Positions 44,958 through 53,321 of a stretch of DNA of 64,000 bases are shown piece after piece. The translations under genes and the position numbers were made by a program. Every line of letters starts with the position of its first letter. Within the stretch, counting starts at the first letter, position 1. The notes under the pieces are model-generated. The model was not told the origin of the DNA. It was given only the letters and a program-made list of their open reading frames with translations, and searched no databases. The DNA is from an uncultured delta proteobacterium (GTDB lineage Bacteria; Desulfobacterota; Desulfobaccia; Desulfobaccales; 0-14-0-80-60-11): assembly GCA_963812015.1 (NCBI GenBank), contig CAWETI010000003.1:704001-768000 (forward strand), read 5' to 3'.

Positions 44958-46298
44958 ATGAACCCCAAACGCGTGAGAACCTTGAAGCCGGGAAACCTCA
45001 AGAAAGGACCGGTGATTTACTGGATGAGCCGGGACCAACGCACACGGGATAATTGGGCTCTCTTGTTCTCCCGGGAATTGTCACAACAGGAAAAAATGCC
45101 GCTGGCAGTGGTTTTCTGCCTGGTGCCCCAGTTCTTGGGAGCCACCTTCCGCCAATACGCCTTCATGATCCAGGGACTTGCCGAAGTCGAACAGAACCTG
45201 GCGGAAAAAAATATCTCCTTTCATCTTCTGGTAGGCTCCCCGGAAGTGAAGCTGCCCGAATTTTTGCGCAAATATGGAGCTGGTTGTCTGGTCACGGATT
45301 TCGATCCCCTGCGCCTGAAAAGGGTTTGGAAGGAGGCGGTGACAAAGAAACTCCATATACCCTTCTTCGAGGTGGATGCTCATAACATTGTCCCTTGTTG
45401 GGTAGCTGCGGATAAAAAGGAATATGGGGCTTATACCCTTCGCCCCAAGATTCTGCGCGCCTTACCGGAATTTTTAGATGAGTTCCCTCCCTTGCATAAA
45501 CAGGAGATGGTGTGGGGAGAACCATCAGCTCCTTTAGATTGGCAGGGGATTCTGGCTGGATTGAGCGTGGATCGCGCCGTGCCCGAAGTCAGTGGGTTTA
45601 AGCCGGGAGAAAGGGCGGCGTGGGCGGTATTGGGGGATTTCTTAGAAAATAAGCTCCCTTTTTACCCCGAAGGTCGCAATGACCCTACCCGGGACGGACA
45701 ATCTAACCTGTCCCCGTACCTGCATTTTGGTCAGATAGCGGCGCAAAGAATTGCCCTGGAAGTGGAAGATTCACCAGCAGGAACAAAGGCGAAAGAGTCT
45801 TTTTTGGAAGAACTGATCGTGCGGCGGGAGCTTGCCGACAATTTCTGCTTTTACAATATCCAATATGATTCCTTTGCTGGTTTTCCCTCGTGGGCACAGA
45901 AGACCCTCGATGAGCATCGCCGCGATCCCAGGGAATACCTTTATACCCTGGCGCAGTTCGAACAGGCTCAGACCCACGACAACCTCTGGAACGCGGCGCA
46001 GTTGGAGATGGTGCAGACCGGCAAGATGCATGGCTACATGAGGATGTATTGGGCCAAGAAAATCTTGGAATGGACCAGATCTCCGGAAGAGGCAACGCAG
46101 ATCGCCATTTATCTCAATGACCGCTATGAGCTGGACGGCCGGGACCCGAATGGTTATACCGGCATCGCCTGGAGCCTGGGCGGAGTCCACGACCGGGCCT
46201 GGGGGGAACGCCAGGTCTTCGGCAAAATCCGTTATATGAGCTACAATGGCTGTAAATCAAAGTTTAACGTGAACGCGTATATGAAAAAATATCTTTAG
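44958..46298 (+). CDS. phrB: class II CPD photolyase
   Basis: YWMSRDQR..DNWAL, EVDAHN, SNLSPYLHFGQ, RRELADNF, GKMHGYMRMYWAKKILEW, DGRDPNGY. Confidence 0.95.
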   Translation: MNPKRVRTLKPGNLKKGPVIYWMSRDQRTRDNWALLFSRELSQQEKMPLAVVFCLVPQFLGATFRQYAFMIQGLAEVEQNLAEKNISFHLLVGSPEVKLPEFLRKYGAGCLVTDFDPLRLKRVWKEAVTKKLHIPFFEVDAHNIVPCWVAADKKEYGAYTLRPKILRALPEFLDEFPPLHKQEMVWGEPSAPLDWQGILAGLSVDRAVPEVSGFKPGERAAWAVLGDFLENKLPFYPEGRNDPTRDGQSNLSPYLHFGQIAAQRIALEVEDSPAGTKAKESFLEELIVRRELADNFCFYNIQYDSFAGFPSWAQKTLDEHRRDPREYLYTLAQFEQAQTHDNLWNAAQLEMVQTGKMHGYMRMYWAKKILEWTRSPEEATQIAIYLNDRYELDGRDPNGYTGIAWSLGGVHDRAWGERQVFGKIRYMSYNGCKSKFNVNAYMKKYL

Positions 46299-46301
46299 CC
46301 T

Positions 46302-47258
46302 ATGTCTATGCTTACGAAAATTCGATTGGGAATCAGCGCCTGCCTGCTAGGTGAGAAAGTCCGCTTTGACGGCGGGCATAAGTGGGATCGTTTCATTACC
46401 GAGACCCTGGGGAAGTTTGTGGAGTTTGTTCCGGTCTGCCCGGAAGTGGAGTGCGGCCTGGGCATTCCCCGGGAAGCCATGCACCTGGTGGCGGCTCCCG
46501 AGGGCCCCCGGCTTGTTACCGTCCGCACCCAGGTGGATTACACGGAGCGCATGCTGGCCTGGGCCCGGAAACGTGTCGTGGAGTTGGAGCAGAAAGATCT
46601 GTGTGGCTTTATTTTTAAAAGCGACTCCCCCAGCAGCGGCATGGAGAGGGTAAAAATTTACTCTGGCAAGGGAGGGCCGGCCAAGACCGGGGTGGGGATG
46701 TTCGCCCGGGAATTTATGCAGCATTTTCCCCTGTTACCCGTGGAAGAGGAAGGGCGCCTGCATGACCCCGGCCTGCGGGAAAACTTCCTGGAACGTCTTT
46801 TTTCCTTAAAGCGTTGGCGGGACACCCTTGCTCTAGGTCCCAAGCCGGGACATCTGGTGGATTTTCACACCCGCCACAAGTTGCTCATCATGTCTCACAG
46901 TCCGAAACACTACCAAACCCTGGGAAAGCTTGTGGCACAGATGAAAGAATTGCCCCTGGCCAAAATCTACGAGCAATACCAGTCACTGCTCATGGAAGCC
47001 CTGCGCCTCAAGACCACTTGCAAAAAAAACGTCAATGTCCTGCTCCATGTGATGGGCTACTTCAAGAAAAATCTGTCATCCGCCGAAAAAGAAGAATTAT
47101 TGCAAATTATCAACAATTACCGGCAGGGCTATATTCCCCTGATTGTTCCGATAACCCTCCTCAATCATTTCGTGCGCAAATATGACCAGGCTTACCTGCA
47201 GAGCCAGTATTATTTAGATCCCCACCCCTTGGAGTTGAAATTACGCAACCACGTCTGA
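46302..47258 (+). CDS. DUF523 + DUF1722 (YbgA-like) protein
   Basis: GISACLLGEKVRFDGGHK, CPEVECGLGIPRE, SPSSG, EEEGRL, FHTRHK. Confidence 0.92.
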   Translation: MSMLTKIRLGISACLLGEKVRFDGGHKWDRFITETLGKFVEFVPVCPEVECGLGIPREAMHLVAAPEGPRLVTVRTQVDYTERMLAWARKRVVELEQKDLCGFIFKSDSPSSGMERVKIYSGKGGPAKTGVGMFAREFMQHFPLLPVEEEGRLHDPGLRENFLERLFSLKRWRDTLALGPKPGHLVDFHTRHKLLIMSHSPKHYQTLGKLVAQMKELPLAKIYEQYQSLLMEALRLKTTCKKNVNVLLHVMGYFKKNLSSAEKEELLQIINNYRQGYIPLIVPITLLNHFVRKYDQAYLQSQYYLDPHPLELKLRNHV

Positions 47259-47292
47259 AGATTCCAGAATTGAGTGCTGTCCGCCCTACGCA

Positions 47293-47790
47293 TTAACGCC
47301 TGGTCAGCACTTGATAGACCGTAAGCAGCAAGGCGCTCCACCACCCGGCAAAGGAAAGCACGAAAGCGAGGGCGATCTTCTTTTGCATTTCCGGAGGTAA
47401 AAGCTCCGAGGCCTGCCCCTCGCGTTCTCGCCTTAGAAGAAACGGGCTTACTTTGAAAGAAAGGAAAAAGCCGTTCATGATCAGCACGATGGCAATTACT
47501 GCTTGTAAGGCTAAACAAAAAGTCCAGCCATGATGACTATGAAAAATCCAGGCTCCCAAGATGGCCAGGGTTATTCCCAGCCAGATCAAGGGCTTGGTTA
47601 CCTTGTGGGTGCGAGTAGTGGCTTCGGTCCAATACGCTGATTTTCTTCCCAGAAAGCCGTGCAGGTCAATGACCGTGACCGCTCCCAAGCCGATGACAAA
47701 TCCTGCCAGGTGAATAAAGAGGCCAAAGAATTCCTTCCAGGTGTAACTTTCCATACAGCCAAGCTCCTCTGCGGTCTTTGCCCACCACAA
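47293..47790 (-). CDS. 4-TM hypothetical membrane protein
   Basis: Hydrophobic helices, HLAGFVIGLGAV; start uncertain. Confidence 0.65.
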   Translation of the reverse strand: MWWAKTAEELGCMESYTWKEFFGLFIHLAGFVIGLGAVTVIDLHGFLGRKSAYWTEATTRTHKVTKPLIWLGITLAILGAWIFHSHHGWTFCLALQAVIAIVLIMNGFFLSFKVSPFLLRREREGQASELLPPEMQKKIALAFVLSFAGWWSALLLTVYQVLTRR

Positions 47791-47841
47791 TCCACGCCGT
47801 GTAAATCAGCCCGCCTACCCCTGCAATTATAGGATAGCCGG

Positions 47842-48363
47842 TCACTTGGCCGGATTGTAGGTCGGGGCGGTGGCTGGCGCCTTGCCTTTGAGAAACTCCT
47901 GATAATACCGGTAGGTAAGGGGCCGGCCCTCCTTTAGAACTTCAGCATTCACTGTATCCCCAATAAAGATGGTATGGGTGCCCAGATCAATCTGGTCGAT
48001 AACCTTTGCCTCCAAAACCGACAGCGCATGCTCCACAACCAGGGGGCAGCCGGTAATCCCGATCTTATAATTCACCTTGCTGAGCTTGTCCACATCCCGA
48101 CCCGACCGGAAACCGAAAGGTCCCAGGAAGGTCATGGGGGCCGACTCATCCAGCACGGAGACCCCAAACAGCCCACTTTTTGAAATAAATTCGTGGGTCA
48201 GGTTCTGCTTATTGACGATTACCGCCACCCTGGCCGGGTCGGAAGTGACCTGGATAACGGTGTTGACAATCTGACCGTTCAACCGGTCTCCATCCAACGA
48301 AGTAACGATATAGAGACCATAACTTAAATCTCGGAAAGCCCTGCGGTCGAATTCCGGACTCAT
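47842..48363 (-). CDS. flavin reductase family protein (high-MW rubredoxin N-domain-like)
   Basis: LSYGLYIV, NGQIVNTVIQVT, FGFRSGRDVDK, GTHTIFIG, PLTY.YY. Confidence 0.9.
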   Translation of the reverse strand: MSPEFDRRAFRDLSYGLYIVTSLDGDRLNGQIVNTVIQVTSDPARVAVIVNKQNLTHEFISKSGLFGVSVLDESAPMTFLGPFGFRSGRDVDKLSKVNYKIGITGCPLVVEHALSVLEAKVIDQIDLGTHTIFIGDTVNAEVLKEGRPLTYRYYQEFLKGKAPATAPTYNPAK

Positions 48364-48410
48364 AGCTTACCTCTCCTTTACCTACTCTGTTAGCTTATCG
48401 CCATGTTCTG

Positions 48411-48740
48411 TCACGGGTTGGCGGCGACAACCGGGAACCCGGCCTGTTGCCAGGCTGCCACTCCGCCCAGAAGCGCCCTGGCGTTCACGTATCCTTGCTG
48501 GTTGAACTCTGCTGCCACCCGGGCAGAGGTATGCTCACTGCTTCAGACACAGTAAAAAACAATTTCCTGATCCTTGGACAGAGAAGGAAGCTTTGCCCGG
48601 AACTCGGGGAGGGAGATGGCCCCTTCCAATCGCAGGCTCTTGAACTGCTCTTCGCTGTCATAGGCGCAGACGAGCAGAGCGTTTTCCACTCGCAGCTTCT
48701 GATAGGTTTCCTCTGGAGTTATGCGGCTCACCTTGGTCAT
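48411..48740 (-). CDS. rhodanese-like selenoprotein (CxU; TGA 48543-48545)
   Basis: IVFYCV-TGA-SSEHTSARVAAEFNQQGYVNARALLGGVAAWQQAGFP completes the rhodanese fold; hairpin CTGCC-cgggt-GGCAG downstream of the TGA. Confidence 0.88.
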
Positions 48741-48784
48741 AGGTCGTTCCTTATTGATAGCTGTGGGGTCCTGTTTCCGAAAAA

Positions 48785-49183
48785 TCAGGGAGCGGTTGAG
48801 CCCTCGCCTGCCCCAATCAGCGGTAGAATTTTGTCCACTTGAAAGAACACCAGGAAACGGGGCCCCGGCTTCTCTTGTCCGGGAGGATAGGTCCGCCGGC
48901 GCAGGGAGCGCAAGAGTTCGGTATCCTGTTCTTCCTTTATTTTGGTCAGGTAAAGTCTCTTGCCTTTATAACTCGGGCCGTCTTCCATGAAGAGATAGGC
49001 CGCGTGGGGTCTGGATTGGAGGTTGCTGTGAGTCAGACGCTGGGGCATGATGAAAGCTATGGTCTGGTCGTCAAAGACGTGGGGCCTAGAGAAAATCGCC
49101 ATATTCACCCGGCCTTGATCGTCAGAAGTGGCCAAAACCCCATGCCCTTTGGCATTGTCGAAATAATTGCGCAAATCCATCAT
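48785..49183 (-). CDS. pyridoxamine 5'-phosphate oxidase-like FMN-binding protein
   Basis: GVLAT..G.VN.A..SRPH, THSNLQ.P.A.YLF, LPLIG. Confidence 0.85.
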   Translation of the reverse strand: MMDLRNYFDNAKGHGVLATSDDQGRVNMAIFSRPHVFDDQTIAFIMPQRLTHSNLQSRPHAAYLFMEDGPSYKGKRLYLTKIKEEQDTELLRSLRRRTYPPGQEKPGPRFLVFFQVDKILPLIGAGEGSTAP

Positions 49184-49240
49184 TGACCTCCGAGGCACCA
49201 TTTCACATTAGACCTGTCTTTCCAGTGATAAGTCAGGAGT

Positions 49241-49399
49241 TCACTCACTCTCGAACATATCTTTGCCCGCGCCGCAGACGGGGCAGACCCAGGAGTCAGG
49301 CAGATTTTCAAAAGCTGTCCCGGGGGCAACGCCGGCGTCAGGGTCCCCCGCCGCTGGATCATAAACATAACCACAGGCCTGGCAGGTAAATTGTTTCAT
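49241..49399 (-). CDS. rubredoxin (52 aa)
   Basis: Own translation [60 protein letters not shown]. Confidence 0.95.
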   Translation of the reverse strand: MKQFTCQACGYVYDPAAGDPDAGVAPGTAFENLPDSWVCPVCGAGKDMFESE

Positions 49400-49444
49400 T
49401 CTTTAACTCCTTTCAAGATAAAAGACTTGAGCAAATTTATCTCC

Positions 49445-49786
49445 TCAGCCGCCCTTTGCCAGTTCCTTGAGGTACTCCTCGGCGGGCTGGAAACCAGCGA
49501 ACCGGTGCTTCTCTTCCCCATCTGGAGAGAAGAGGATGGTGGTGGGCGCACCTGTGACCTGGAACTGCCGAACTAAGTCCATGTGTGCGCGCCCCTCAAG
49601 GCGTATGGGGATGAAGCGTTCATTCAGGGCCTGAACCACGGCGGGATCTTGGTGGGTCTCACGGACCAACCGGCCGCAGTGTGGTCATCCCTCCATAAAG
49701 AATTCCAGTGCGAGAGGACGATTAACTTTTTTCGCCTCGTCCAACGCCTCCTGCCAGTCCATATGCCACTGTATCAAATCTGGCAT
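49445..49786 (-). CDS. thioredoxin-like selenoprotein (UxxC; TGA 49685-49687 = Sec34)
   Basis: MPDLIQWHMDWQEALDEAKKVNRPLALEFFMEG-TGA-PHC, continuing into the tracked ORF with cis-Pro APT; AGGAG RBS. Confidence 0.9.
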
Positions 49787-49895
49787 GTCGATGATCTCCT
49801 ATCTGCCTTTCTCTTAAGCAGCGCAGGGTATAATGGGATTAATGATTTGCCCCATTTTCCTGGGAGACAGCCTCGCCGAGGCCGCGATTTCTCTG

Positions 49896-50060
49896 TCAGC
49901 AGCCAGGCTCCCCGGGATGGCCGCAGCAATTTTGCAAATATTTCAGTTTCAGCCAATTGTTCCGCAGCAGCAGCCGGAGTTTCCTAGTCAAGGGCTCTGG
50001 GCCGGCCAAATTGGTAAAAAAGGCCCTGGGGCTGGGGCGGGTTTTCTCTTCCTCACACAT
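49896..50060 (-). CDS. 54-aa protein ending CCGHPGEPGC
   Basis: Own translation MCEEEKTRPSPRAFFTNLAGPEPLTRKLRLLLRNNWLKLKYLQNCCGHPGEPGC; GGAGG RBS. Confidence 0.7.
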   Translation of the reverse strand: MCEEEKTRPSPRAFFTNLAGPEPLTRKLRLLLRNNWLKLKYLQNCCGHPGEPGC

Positions 50061-50078
50061 GGCCGCTGCTTCCTCCGC

Positions 50079-50261
50079 CTATCGCTCGGCCTCTATGTCC
50101 CCGGCGGTGTGGGTGACGACGTCCAATTCCACGCAATCGTCCAGCTCTTCCGGGGTGGTGTCCTTGGCTTTTTTTAGCGCGTCCAGGGGGCACAGCTATT
50201 CATTGCCGGAGCTATCCTTTACCTTCACAAACCGTTTGCCGCGTACTGCCGATTCATCCAT
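50079..50261 (-). pseudogene. small conserved-looking protein with in-frame TAG (50196-50198)
   Basis: MDESAVRGKRFVKVKDSSGNE*LCPLDALKKAKDTTPEELDDCVELDVVTHTAGDIEAER. Confidence 0.6.
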
Positions 50262-50321
50262 TAGAAAGTCCTTTTCCGCCAGTTTCCCCTCGAGGTTTTA
50301 ATCAATTTTAATGAAATGTTA

Positions 50322-50340
50322 TTAACTGATAATCATTATT
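50322..50340. promoter_or_regulatory. Fur/PerR-like box in a divergent promoter
   Basis: TTAACTGATAATCATTATT, 14/19 to GATAATGATAATCATTATC. Confidence 0.6.
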
Positions 50341-50447
50341 TTATAGGTGGCAAGTTTTCCGGAACCAAAATTTTGGTAAAATCTGGTTAATGACGGGGAA
50401 TCACGCTCTGATCTTGAGTATCTTTTTAGTATACTTCAAGGTGACCT

Positions 50448-50900
50448 ATGATTGACACGGCAGAGATGAAAGAGATCGTCCAGAGTCTTCTGACCAGCCA
50501 ACGTCTGGCGGTGCTGTCCACCCAGATGTCCGGCCGGCCTTACAGCAACCTGATAGCCTTTGCCGCCACCGAAGACTTGAAATATATCTTCTTCGCCACC
50601 AGCCGGGCTACCCGTAAGTATGCCAACCTGACAGCGGAGCCTTGGGTGTCCCTGCTCATTGATAACCGCAGCAACCAAGAAAAGGATTTTGATGAGGCCT
50701 CGGCCGTGACGGTCCTGGGAACCGCTGAAGAGGCCCTCGACTCAGACCGGGAAAAATATCTACAGCTCTACCTGAAAAAGCATCCCTATCTTGAGGAGTT
50801 CGTCACCGCACCCACCTGCGCCCTCATCCGGGTCAAGGTGGAAAAATTCATTATGGTGACCCGGTTCCAGGAAGTGCGGGAGATCTATCCGGCCTCTTGA
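50448..50900 (+). CDS. pyridoxamine 5'-phosphate oxidase-like protein
   Basis: LAVLST..G.PY.NL, FAT...TRKY.NL...P.VSLLIDNR. Confidence 0.88.
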   Translation: MIDTAEMKEIVQSLLTSQRLAVLSTQMSGRPYSNLIAFAATEDLKYIFFATSRATRKYANLTAEPWVSLLIDNRSNQEKDFDEASAVTVLGTAEEALDSDREKYLQLYLKKHPYLEEFVTAPTCALIRVKVEKFIMVTRFQEVREIYPAS

Positions 50901-51100
50901 ACCCCATGATGTGCCTCTTTAATATTGGCTCTTAACAGCGCCGGTTCGTGGGCAGCAAGTGATTTTCCCTATCTCTCCTGGCGGCGCAAAACGGCCTACA
51001 AGGGTGCGCCACCAAATACATCTTCGCGTCTTATGATTGAGGCTGAGCTAAACCTTATATCAAATGCCTGGTCGGCGCAGCTGGGTAAATGTGACGCTAG

Positions 51101-51158
51101 CTGCTATGATTCGACACTTATCACGAAGCCAAAACCTTTCCATATCCAGTCCATATCT
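51101..51158 (+). repeat. cassette-boundary repeat R5 (alpha left arm)
   Basis: CTGCTATGATTCGACACTTATCACGAAGCCAAAACC..CCATATCCAGTCCATATCT. Confidence 0.85.
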
Positions 51159-51256
51159 ATACTTCTTGGCCTGAAAAACTCCTGCCGTTCCCGCCGGTAA
51201 CCTGGGGTTCCCCTATCACCGACATCTTAAATCTTCCTCTCCACAGATGTCCGTGC

Positions 51257-51324
51257 CAGATATGAAGATCATATCTGCAATTTCTCCGACGCATTCGATA
51301 ATTGCTGGTCCTGGCAAGTTATCA
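51257..51324 (+). repeat. cassette-boundary repeat R6 (perfect palindrome plus gamma arm)
   Basis: CAGATATG-aagat-CATATCTG, CAATTTCTCCGACGCATTCGATAATTGC..GGCAAGTTATC. Confidence 0.85.
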
Positions 51325-51622
51325 ACTGTTTCCATTTTTAATTCCCGCCTGAAAAAAAAAATGGCCATCGCCGATCCTGTCTGAAGCGCACCTTTGACTA
51401 AGGAAATGTCAAGCAGAAAAGGACCGCGGCCGTTCCCGTAACGCTAGGCAATCGCTCTAAGGGAAATTTCTGTAGAACTTTATCAATTTAAACCCACCTG
51501 GTATATCCTTAGCGAATGGCCGGACCCCGTTGCCACACCTTTCGAGGTGCTTATATTAATAGAAATTGGATTAGTTCAACAAGCGGAGTGGGGTGGCCAT
51601 GCGACTCGGGGCGAGATCCTCA

Positions 51623-52351
51623 ATGAAACCATACCTTGGAGTGTTGTTTTTCCTGTGCTATCCGGGGATATTCTTTTCCCCAGGCTTTGCACTTTGCGAC
51701 GGCACTCAGTCTGATCTGGACCACAAATTAGCCGCGGGGGAGATCATTGTCTCTTCTAAAGAAGTTCCTGGAAAATCCCTCAAATGCGCCGAGATGGTGG
51801 GAGTTGTTGATGCCCCACCGGAGATCGTTTGGCAGGTGATCACTGATGTTAATAATGCTAAGAATTTCATGCCACGAATTCGTAATAGTATGGCCGTTGC
51901 TCCGGAGAAAATTCCCGTGATTTTGCAAAGTAGAGCGACCCGAGCTGAAGAGGTGGAGCAATTACTCGGCCCTATCCCAGCAGACCCGGATAGTTATCGC
52001 ATTCCTGGGGGAACATATACCGTGTATTCATATAGCAATGTTGATTTACCGTGGCCTCTTAATAACAGATGGCATATCACCAAAGGGTTAAGGGATGAGA
52101 CTCGGGCTGCCCAACATTGCTATCACAACTCGTGGTCTCTCGTAACCGGTAACATCCGAGAAAATGCTGGTGAATGGATTTTGGAACCATTTGGCTCTGC
52201 TAAAACAAAGGCTACCTACAGGCTTTGTACCGATCCCGGTGGCGTCATTCCACAGTTCCTTGTCACGCAAGGTACTGATACAACCATGCCCCAAATCATT
52301 AAAGCGGTCAGGGAACGGGCTGCTAAGCTTTTGGGACAGCCATTATCTTGA
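51623..52351 (+). CDS. SRPBCC/START-domain exported protein
   Basis: VDAPPEIVWQVITD...FMP, LPWPL.NRW, GEWILEP, DPGG.IP. Confidence 0.8.
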   Translation: MKPYLGVLFFLCYPGIFFSPGFALCDGTQSDLDHKLAAGEIIVSSKEVPGKSLKCAEMVGVVDAPPEIVWQVITDVNNAKNFMPRIRNSMAVAPEKIPVILQSRATRAEEVEQLLGPIPADPDSYRIPGGTYTVYSYSNVDLPWPLNNRWHITKGLRDETRAAQHCYHNSWSLVTGNIRENAGEWILEPFGSAKTKATYRLCTDPGGVIPQFLVTQGTDTTMPQIIKAVRERAAKLLGQPLS

Positions 52352-52414
52352 AATTCTAAAAGGCTCAATAAGTTAAAAGGAACGGTATTGAGGTACTGAA
52401 GAAGCTCAAGGCAT

Positions 52415-52520
52415 CTGCTATGATCCAAAAATTATCACGAAGCCCAAAACCTCACTTATCCAGATCATATCTGCAATTTCCCCGACGCATTCGATAATTG
52501 CTGCTCCCTGGCAAGCTATA
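52415..52520 (+). repeat. cassette-boundary repeat R7 (complete alpha + gamma)
   Basis: CTGCTATGATCC..TTATCACGAAGCCCAAAACC..CAGATCATATCTGCAATTTC..GACGCATTCGATAATTGC..TGGCAAG. Confidence 0.9.
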
Positions 52521-52575
52521 TTGAATTCCAATATCTAATAAATCTTTTGGGTCCTCCTTAGCGGATCCTGCCTGC

Positions 52576-53220
52576 TTAATCTTCCCGCTTACCCCATCTC
52601 GGCAAAAACCGGGGCACCCGGCGGCAATACTCCTCGTAGGCCGCGCCGTAGCGCTCCAGGAGTTCCTTCTCCTCTAACCGGGCAATGATGCAAATTCCCG
52701 GCAACCAGAGGGCTGCCACCACGTAGGCGGCCGGGTAGTTGGCAATCAGGGCATAGCCCCAGATGAGAAGGACGATCTGGACATAGCGGGGGTGACGCAT
52801 CCGGGTGTAAATGCCGCCGGTAATTAACCCGATCGGATACTTATTCGGGGCCAATTCGGGCAGCCCCAGCATTGTGCTCAGGGCCAGGTACCGGTGTAAC
52901 AACACCCACAGCCAGATGGCGGCCACTTCAGCCAAGACCCCCAAGGCTATCAGGAAGTAGTTCGTCCCGAACTCCACGGCCAGCAGGCTCTTCCGGACCT
53001 GAAAAAGCCCCCCTCCTCCCATGCCCATGACCGTCCATACCAGGCCGTAGGTTAAGGCCGGGCCCAGCCGCCGCCAAAAGTGGATAAAAGGGTGAATTAC
53101 CAGCCAATGCAGCAGCGTCGGTGGCAATGTGACCACCAGGACCAAGGCGATATAATAACGGATCGCGTCCACTTTTTTCTTCTCATCAAAAGGTGCGGGG
53201 TCACTTCCAGCCCACCTCAT
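52576..53220 (-). CDS. isoprenylcysteine carboxyl methyltransferase/PEMT-family membrane protein
   Basis: LITGGIY..MRHPRY, EEKEL.ERYG..YEEY.RRVPRFLP; start uncertain. Confidence 0.88.
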   Translation of the reverse strand: MRWAGSDPAPFDEKKKVDAIRYYIALVLVVTLPPTLLHWLVIHPFIHFWRRLGPALTYGLVWTVMGMGGGGLFQVRKSLLAVEFGTNYFLIALGVLAEVAAIWLWVLLHRYLALSTMLGLPELAPNKYPIGLITGGIYTRMRHPRYVQIVLLIWGYALIANYPAAYVVAALWLPGICIIARLEEKELLERYGAAYEEYCRRVPRFLPRWGKRED

Positions 53221-53223
53221 TAT

Positions 53224-53289
53224 TTATATCTACATCATATCTGGAATTTTTCCCACACAAGCGATAATTCCCGATGCTGGCAAGTTATC
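53224..53289 (+). repeat. cassette-boundary repeat R8 (delta arm)
   Basis: ATCATATCTGGAATTTTTCCCAC..CGATAATT..CTGGCAAGTTATC. Confidence 0.8.
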
Positions 53290-53321
53290 AAAAGATAGGT
53301 GATTTTCTTTCACCAGATTTA

